Assembly (NCBI GenBank): GCA_964016885.1
Contig: OZ024741.1
Coordinates: forward strand, 263,686,001-263,750,000
DNA: 64,000 bases
Origin: Eledone cirrhosa
Taxonomy: Eukaryota
Direction of reading: 5' to 3'
The number at the start of each line of letters is the position of its first letter. Within the stretch, counting starts at the first letter, position 1. This document shows, one piece after another, positions 54,858 through 64,000 of this stretch. A program made the translations under genes and the position numbers. Under the pieces are notes generated by a model. It had not been told where the DNA came from. It saw nothing but the letters and a program-made list of their open reading frames with translations, and searched no databases.

Positions 54858-56059
54858 ACAGTACACCACCACCACCACCACTACCAACAAATCTATCTAC
54901 AACACTACCACCATGTCAACATACAACACCACCACATCCACCTCCAACAACACCACCACTACCACCACCAACAATAGCACTACAACCAACACCACCACTA
55001 TCATTGATAGCTGTACCAACTTTGTAGAGTTAAAAGAGCACCGGATTAGCCTTGCAGTATTTGTTTCGGCTGTGTTCTGAGTTCAAATCCCGCCAAATTC
55101 AGTTTTTCCTTTCACCCATTTTGTAGTGATAAATATAACATGGGTTGCGGGCATCATTTGTGGGCAGCGGCTGAGGCCATCGGTTGTGGCAATTGGTTGC
55201 TGTCATCAGTTGAGGCCATTGGTTTGGGTATTTGATCTGGCTTTGTATGTTCTGAGGACCACACCCTGTGAAGATTTAGCAAAGAATATCTAAACATGGG
55301 TTTGTTAGTTCAAGTATTTACAGTATCTTTACTAGTGGGCAAGTGTTCTGAAAATTTGCTGTATTGGAGTAAAGACATTTTTTAATTTGATTCTGCAACA
55401 CCATACCACCACTACCAATACTTACTGCAATACCATACCACTACTACTACCACCACTTACTGCAATATCATACCATCATTTACTGTAGTACCTTACTATT
55501 ACTACCATCATTTAATGCAATACCATACCATTACTTACAACAGTATCATACCATTATCACACCATCACCAACTTCAATACCACTATTGACTGCGATGCCA
55601 TCAGTCTACTACTGACTACACCACCATACCATTGCTATTATCAGTACTAACACAGTAGTACCATTGAACCATTGGTATTCACTACAACTGTATCACTGAC
55701 ACCAATACCACTATTGCCACATAATCATTACCATTACAACACATTCCCATCAATGCAATCATACCATTGAGAACAATGCTATTAAACCATCACCACCATA
55801 CAGTACCATCATTCACAGAAAACCATTATACCATTTATAGCAGTACAATCATACCACTCACAGCACTACAATCATACAACTGAGAGCAATGCCATTAAAC
55901 CATCACCACCATATGGCCGTCATTATCAGTACCATCATTCATAGAGAACCATTATACCATTTATAACAGTACAACCATACCACTTACAGCACTACAATCA
56001 ACTATACAATATCATTCACAAGCAGTGCAATCACATAATTCACAGCAATAACATTACCA

Positions 56060-56592
56060 CCATACCACTGCCAGCAGTATAACCATACCACTGACAGCAG
56101 TATAACCATACCACTGACAGCAGTATAACCATACCACTGACAGCAGTATAACCATACAACCATACCATTGACAGCAGTATAACCATACCATTGACAGCAG
56201 TATAACCATACCACTGTCAGCAGTATAACCATACCACTGACAGCAGTATAACCATACCACTGACAGCAGTATAACCATACCACTGACAGCAGTAAAACCA
56301 TACCACTGACAGCAGTATAACTATACCATTGACAGCAGTATAACTATACCATTGACAGCAGTATAACTATACCATTGACAGCAGTATAACTATACCATTG
56401 ACAGCAGTATAACTATACCATTAACAGCAGTATAACTATACCATTAACAGCAGTATAACTATACCATTAACAGCAGTGCAGTCATACCATTAACAGCAGT
56501 GCAGTCATACCATTAACAGCAGTACAGTCATACCACTGACAGCAGCAGTCATACCAGTGGCAGTAGTAGTCATACCATTGACAGCAGTCCAG
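56060..56592. repeat. 23-bp minisatellite with blocks of variants
   Basis: Unit ATAACCATACCACTGACAGCAGT; grades out of the degenerate TACCA-rich DNA at 55400-56060. Confidence 0.93.
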
Positions 56593-57251
56593 TGACATCC
56601 ATCATACCACCTCTAATATTTGATAGCAATGCAGGAATAGCAGTGAAAGCTGTGCCATTATACCAGCACAACCATTTGCAGTAAATAAACTTCCGTCTGT
56701 TTCAGCGCTGGTTGAGTATCCAGTTGTATACATAAACTCATGGTTGTGAATGTGTTTCGATCGTTCTGCGCGCGCGCGCGCTCACGCACACGCTCCCTCC
56801 CTCCCTCCCTCCCTCCCTCCCTCCCTCACTCACTCACTCACTCACTCACTCACTCACTCACTCACTCACTCACTCACTCACTCACTCACTCACTCACTCA
56901 CTCACTCACTCACTCACTCACTCACTCACTCACTCACTCACTCACTCACTCACTCACTCACTCACACTCACTCACTCACTCTCTCACACTCACTCACACT
57001 CACTCACTCTCTCTCTCACACTCACTCACACTCACTCACTCTCTCTCTCACACTCACACTCACTCACACTCACTCACTCTCACACTCACTCTCTCACTAT
57101 ATATATATACATACATACATTCAATAAATGTAATCTGAGCTTTTTGAATATTAATAATATTCGATTCGTTTTCAATTATGCAAACGACCTCTTTTAAGCC
57201 ATGTTAGTAGAATGAGCCCTTCATTCTTGCTCTTGTGTTGGCATGTAACCA

Positions 57252-57645
57252 GAACTGTAGACACTGTTTCTGGGTGATTACCCTTCATCAGTGCAGTTTA
57301 CTGTTCGCTAGCTCTGACAGTTGGCAGGTGAACAGTAAACTGTACTGATGAAGGATAATCACCCAGAAACTGTTTGCTTTGTTTACGGTTGGGAAAATCT
57401 GTCCCCTTTCTCCTGCTATGTAGGGTCATTTTTATAACGATTGACGGTTATTACAGTGTTGTTTGCTTTGCTGTTTCCGCTTATCTTTTGCGCACGCGGA
57501 GCACACACTATCATCATCACCGTCACCACCGTCGTTTTAACGTTCCCTTTCCCTTCTCGCAAGGCATTCATTTAATAGTTAAAGTGATGAATATTTAAAC
57601 TCAACTCCAGTATTGAGTACTTTTTCTCGTGTCCTTCACTAACAC
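57252..57645 (+). mobile_element. Short fold-back element with hammerhead motif and GTATTGAGTACT tail; putative Penelope-like derivative
   Basis: Inverted arms 57266-57308 / 57328-57370; tail motif at 57609-57621. Confidence 0.6.
57253..57298 (-). ncRNA. Minimal type I hammerhead-like ribozyme
   Basis: Minus strand AACUGCA-CUGAUGA-A GGGU AAUC ACCC A-GAA-AC AGU GU C-UACAGUU; GUC triplet. Confidence 0.6.
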
Positions 57646-57714
57646 ACGCGCGTATGTGTATTTCATCATCTTTCCTATTCTGTATGTCCTTACACCATTC
57701 CTTCTTGCATTCTC

Positions 57715-59742
57715 TGCCACCACCACATCATTACAACCACCATCACCATAATCACCACATCACTACATCACCACGACAACCACCATCATCACTACAACCA
57801 CTACCACCACCACTACCTCCAGCACTACAACCGCCACTACATCACATTACCACCACCATTACATCATCACCACCACTACCACCACATTATCATCACCACT
57901 ACCACATTACCATTACCACGACCACCACATTACCACCATCACCACCACCACCACATTACCACCACCACATTACCACCATCATTACCACGACCACCACATC
58001 ACCACCACCACATTACCACCACCACATTACCACCACCACATCACCACCACCACATTACTACCACCACATTACCACCACCACATTACCACCACCACATCAC
58101 CACCACCACATCACCACCACCACATTACCACCACCACATTACTACCACCACCACATTACTACCACCACATTACCACCACCACATTACTACCACCACATTA
58201 CTACCACCACATTACTACCACCACATTACTACCACCACATTACTACCACCACAATACTACCACCACATTACTACCACCACATTACAACCACCACATTACC
58301 ACCACCACATCACCACCACCACATTACCACCACCACATTACCACCACCACATTACCACCACCACATCACCACCACCACATTACCACCACCACATTACCAC
58401 CACCACATTACCACCACCACATTACTACCACCACATTACTACCACCACATTACTACCACCACATTACTACCACCACATCACCACCACCACATTACCACCA
58501 CCACATTACCACCACCACCAACACATTACTACCACAACATTACCACCACCACATTACCACCACCACATTACCACCACATTACTACCACCACATTACTACC
58601 ACCACATTACTACCACCACATTACTACCACCACATCACTACCACCACATCACTACCACCACATCACCACCACCACATTACTACCACCACATTACCACCAC
58701 CACATTACCACCACCACATTACCACCACCACATTACTACCACCACATTACCACCACCACATTACCACCACCACATTACTACCACCACATTACCACCACCA
58801 CATTACCACCACCACATTACCACCACCACATTACCACCACCACATTACTACCACCACATTACTACCACCACATTACCACCACCACATTACCACCACCACA
58901 TTACCACCACCACATTACTACCACCACATCACCACCACCACATTACTACCACCACATTACTACCACCACATTACTACCACCACATCACCACATTACCATC
59001 ACCACCACCACCAGCACCACCACCACATTACCACCACCACCACCACATTACCACCACCACCACCACATCACCACCACGACCACCACCACCACCACATTAC
59101 CACCACCACCACCACATTACCACCACCACCACCACGACCACCACCACCACCACATTACCACCACCACCACCACCATCACCACCACCACCACAACCGCCAC
59201 CACCACCATCACCACAGCCACCACCACAACCACCACCACCACCACCACCAACACCACAGCCACAGCCACCACCACCACCATCACCACCACCACCACCAAC
59301 ACCACAGCCACCAACACCACAGCCACCACCACCACCACCACCACCACCACCACCACCACCACCATCACCACCACCACCACCACCACCACCACCACCACCA
59401 CCACAGCCACCAACACCACAACCACCACCACCACCACCAACACCACCATCACCACCATCACCACCACCACCAACACCACCAACACCACAGCCACCACCAC
59501 CACATCACCACCACCACCACCACCATCACCACCACCACCACCACCACCAACACCACAGCCACCAACACCACAGCCACCAACACCACAGCCACCACCACCA
59601 TCACCACCACCACCACCAACACCACAGCCACCAACACCACAGCCACCATCACCATCACCACCACCAACACCACAGCCACCAACACCACAGCCACCACCAC
59701 CACCAACACCACAGCCACCACCACCATCACCAGCACCACCAC
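57715..59742. repeat. 2-kb (ACC)/(CACATTAC) low-complexity repeat
   Basis: Trinucleotide-based DNA; the 711-aa P/H/T ORF follows from the lack of stop codons on this strand. Confidence 0.93.
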
Positions 59743-59932
59743 CTCTCTATAAGCCTGTCATCAGACACAGTTCTGTAGTGTCACAGTAGGAGAGATCCAA
59801 GGTCACAGCTAGAAATACTTCATATTAACCTAGATGACATTGTCACTAAGTATGTATATGTATAGACACATACATACGCACACACATACATACATACGCA
59901 CATACATACACACACACACATAGATACACATG

Positions 59933-60036
<104 letters not shown>

Positions 60037-60300
60037 TGTGTGTGTCTGTGCCCGCTCGTATTGTATGAGCACATGTGTGTGTGTATGCGGTTGTCTGTAT
60101 GTATATGTGTATGTATACGTGTGTGTGTTTATATATATATACACACACACGCACACAGTTATGTATATGTGTAATATATGTATGTAGTAAACTAGGTTGG
60201 CTGTGTTGTGTCCACTGTTATATAACATAACTAATGTATGTATGTGTGTATGCGTGTCTGTCCAATTATGTGACTTTAATAATATACGTGTGTGTATGTA

Positions 60301-60459
60301 CAGGGCCGTCTTAACGCATGGGCACGTTGGGCAGTTGCCCGGGGGCCCCACGAGGATAGGGGGCCCATTTGTATTTTTATTCCTGTGAGTGGTTGTGTAG
60401 GTAGGGGCCCCAGTGCTCTGCTTTGCCCGGGGGCCTACAATGCTGTTAAGATGGCCCTG
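60301..60459. mobile_element. hAT-like MITE
   Basis: 15-bp TIR CAGGGCCGTCTTAAC / GTTAAGATGGCCCTG, GC-rich subterminal repeats, imperfect 8-bp flanks TGTATGTA / CGTGTGTA. Confidence 0.75.
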
Positions 60460-60557
60460 CGTGTGTATGTACGCATGTATGTATGTACGTATGTATGTAT
60501 GTATGTATGTATATGTAAAGTATGCCACTGTGTGTGTATGTGATGTCTATTCAGTTT

Positions 60558-60953
60558 AGGTTGACAGCATCGATAGATCGTCGGACAATTATGCTTTGTG
60601 GCGTATAGTTATGTCCCTTTACGTTCTGAGTTCAAATCCCGCCGCTTTGCCTTTCATCTCTACGGGGTTCGATGAAATAAAGTACCAGTCACACACTGGG
60701 GTTGATTTAATCAACTTTGTCCTTCCCTTTCAAATTGTTAGTCTTGTGCCAAAATTAGAAACTGAGTATATAATTGTTTCTACTTTTGGCACAAGGCCAG
60801 CAATTATCCCAGTGTATTACTGGTACTTTATTTTATCGACCCCGTAAGGATGAAAGGCAAAGTTAACCTCGGCGGGATTTGAACTCAGTCCGTAAAGGGA
60901 CGTAACTGTGCTGCAATGCATGGCGCCCGACCCTCTACCGATACTGCCAATTC
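60558..60953. mobile_element. Two family B SINEs, tail-to-tail
   Basis: Plus copy ~60558-60763, minus copy ~60770-60953. Confidence 0.82.
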
Positions 60954-60998
60954 ACTATCGTGTCTATGTATGTATGTATGTGCCTGTGTATGTATATA

Positions 60999-61372
60999 CG
61001 AGGGGCTGCTGGAAGCCCCTGACTTTAAGGCGAGATAGGACCGCTGCAATAATTGTGTGAATCTTCTTCGCCCACTTATTCTCGAGAGGGCCGTGGGGCA
61101 AAGTCCTCAGACACTCCTTTCGGCGGGTCCTGTCAGAAGTAATCGTCTCCATCTGGTCTGGCTGGTTCCCCAAGCGATACCAGCCAAGCTCATGTATGTT
61201 ATCCAACCATCTTGCTCGGGTATTACCCTTGGGTCTCCTGCCGGTTGGTTTTGCCCGTAAAATCTGTCCAGTGTGTGAATCTGAGAGTGGAGTATGTTGA
61301 ATAAAATTATAATTATCTTTCCTCCCTGTATTTTCTTTTATCGAAAGCCAGGGACTTTTCAGCACCCCTTCG
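60999..61372. mobile_element. Mariner-type MITE (TA TSD) with nested RTE fragment
   Basis: TA|CGAGGGGCTGCTGGAAGCCCCTGACTTT ... AAAGCCAGGGACTTTTCAGCACCCCTTCG|TA. Confidence 0.75.
61065..61271 (-). mobile_element. 5'-truncated second-family RTE insertion with 11-bp TSD
   Basis: TSD TGTGTGAATCT at 61054-64 and 61272-82; encodes ILRAKPTGRRPKG..RWLDNI. Confidence 0.85.
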
Positions 61373-62960
61373 TACACGTATGTGTGTGTAATGTATGTGT
61401 TTGTGAGATGTGTGTGTTAGGAACGTGTATAGTGTTGTTGTTGTTGTTAAGGGTCTATTCAACCATGACTGTGGGGGAGAGTGACGATGAAGCCAGTCCA
61501 TTCAGCCGGTCACTTCCGTCTCTTCGTTTTCTTGACTATTGTATATCTAGGATTACTTCTTAATTTGGTGGTGTTTTGACTGTTATTTCTAGTAGATTGC
61601 GTCACCACGTAGATGTATTATTGCATATGAAAGGATAACATTTATGGTGACCGTTCTCGGCCCCTTTTCTCTCTGACGCCTCTTTTATTTAAATGGATTC
61701 CCCTCACCCCCAAGGGCAATCTGCTTTAATTATTTTCCTTTCTGGATTGAATAACATGAGAGAGAGAGAGAGAGAGAGAGATTATACTTTAACAAAATAC
61801 CAGAACATTGGAGGCGGTGAATTGACAGTCGTATTTATCCCGGCTCTCTGAACTCTGAGTTCAAATCCAGCCATTCTCGTTAAACTTTCCTTTCATCATT
61901 TTGAGGTTGATAAAAATAAGAAAGGAACCGTCCTGTAATTAGGGTTGATTCTTCCCCTATTTCTATTTCTCACTTCCTCTCTATCACTCTTTCACTTCCC
62001 TTCTGTCACTCTTTCTTACTTCTTCTCTATGACTCTTACTTCCGCTCTCTATCTCTTTCTCACTTCTTCCCTCTATCTTTCTATCTCTTCCCCCCACTCA
62101 CATCTCTCTTTCTCACTCCCCTCTATCACTCTTTCTCCTCGGGAAGAGATCAGCTGTGTTCACACCTGGAGAAGAGATGGGATACGCCAGGTGTAAAAAC
62201 TTGCCCCCAAAATGCCGCATTTCATTTCGGCGTCCCTATGACCCCACCAGGAGTTGCGCGCACGCACACGCACACGCACACGCACGCGCACGCACACGCA
62301 CACGCACACGCACGCGCACGCACACGCACACGCACACACACATTTGAACATTTGATCTTAACACATGAACTTCCACTCATACCTTTGTGGGTCTCCCAAT
62401 ACGACCTTTGTGGATGCCCAGTACTACCTTTGTGGAGCTCCAGTACCACATTGTCCCTTCCTTTTTCAAGACGATAGGGTTTAATTTGAGGGCGATTGAT
62501 CTGTTGTTTCAAATGAGTTGAATAACTACCTAGAGGTATTGTATACCTAGGATTACAGTGTAGTGTCACTTTTTTGAAAGATAGTATAGAGTAAATTGAG
62601 GACGATTTTGGCTGCTATTTCTGGAAGGTTGAGCAGTTTCCTAGAGGTATTATGTATCTAGGATTACAGTATTTCTTTTAAATTTGCTATGTATTTTATC
62701 GATTTCGTTTTATCGAAACCCTAAATTATGTGACACACACGCACACACACACGCACCCACACGCACACACACACATTCGACTGACTTCCATATGGTCCCT
62801 GTCTACCAAATGTCATTCACAAGGAAGGCATTGGTCAAATTTATGGTATCACTCCTCTCGAATACAAAGTGTAATTTGAGGGAGATTTGTCTGCTATTTC
62901 TGGCATGTAAAGTGACCACGTACAAGTGTCAGACTTGGGCTTGATGTAGGTTAGGGTTAT

Positions 62961-63007
<47 letters not shown>

Positions 63008-63153
63008 TGACAAGTATGTATGTGTGCGTGTGTGTGTGGTATAATGTATCTTTCTATTGTGTTGTATGTTGTGTGTGTTTTATGTAATCACAAGTGTGTG
63101 TGGTATAGTGTGGCGTTGTGTGTGTGTGGTATAATGTATGTTTCTAGTGTGAC

Positions 63154-63237
<84 letters not shown>

Positions 63238-63485
63238 CAGTTTACTTGGCACTCATTAATTGGTGAGGTGACTAAAGAATGATGGAGTGAGGGTGATAGT
63301 AGTACTGGTTGGTGGTAATTGAGATGTTTGAGGTGGTGGCGGTAGTGGTGGTGGCCATGACCTTGATGTAAATAAATGACGTGTGTCTGTATTATATATA
63401 TATATATGTATATGCGTGTGTGTATGTGTGTGTGTGTATGTGTGTATATATAGAGGCACACAGCCTTCGATGCTGAAACGGAGGA

Positions 63486-63547
63486 GACGACATGAAAAGG
63501 CTTGCTCAACACACAAGCCGAAACCGCTTGGCGCCGCGGTCGGCATT
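63486..63547 (+). ncRNA. Decayed type I hammerhead of the A8 core class
   Basis: Core AUGAAAA 63492-98; stem II GGCUUG/CAAGCC; GAA; stem III ACCGC/GCGGU; GUC; stem I only partly paired. Confidence 0.6.
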
Positions 63548-63915
63548 TTATACCCCCCCCCCCATCTGAAATAAGGGTTTAGATCGATATCCAATGATTG
63601 TGTGGGTGTGTGTGTGGGTGTGCGTGTGTGTACACTAGTAATTTTCCGAAATCTCACTAGCACAAGATGTTTTGGCTACCTATATAGCATTGTAATACTG
63701 TGCTACACTCTTACTCAATGATGACTGAAATATATTCCAGAAACAGTATAGTACTGATACAGATTTAGTGGCGGTCTGGTGGTGGTGTTCTGATGTAGCG
63801 GTGTGGTGCAGTAGTGTGGTGGTGGTGATGATTGAACATATTAAGGTTATCAATAAAATTATTACAACAAATATCAACTAATTAACTAACCAATTCAATT
63901 GCACGCACGCACGCA

Positions 63916-64000
<85 letters not shown>

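Noticed and set aside
57654-59789. 711-aa Pro/His/Thr-rich ORF resembling extensin or mucin
   Set aside because: Pure ACC-based low-complexity DNA in which the residue type shifts with repeat phase; no unique domain or convincing gene structure.

Overview
Eukaryotic, AT-rich, microsatellite-saturated genomic DNA with a 200-N scaffold gap at 1239-1438. The repeat complement points to a coleoid cephalopod, probably Octopus (inference only). No host protein-coding gene is recognisable: nearly all ORF-track entries are translated microsatellites, and only a few isolated + strand exon-like segments are visible. The real coding content is RTE-clade LINE ORF2. There is a near-full-length minus-strand copy (~26285-30410) whose endonuclease is broken by a 281-bp triplication, an adjacent 5'-truncated sister copy (23320-25656) and several fragments. 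Wherever that region is covered, a C4HC3 PHD-type finger sits inside the RT. Two tRNA-derived SINE families, mariner/hAT/piggyBac-type MITEs and several minisatellites are also present. The most interesting signal is a dispersed set of non-coding fold-back (inverted-repeat) elements, mostly next to (TA)n tracts. They carry type I hammerhead ribozymes and share a 3' tail motif (GTATTGAGTACT), and are probably non-autonomous Penelope-like elements. One ribozyme (4737-4851) is a fully paired hammerhead with the rare compensatory U3-A8 core, and a covarying relative lies at 63486-63547. All structures were paired by eye, not computed.
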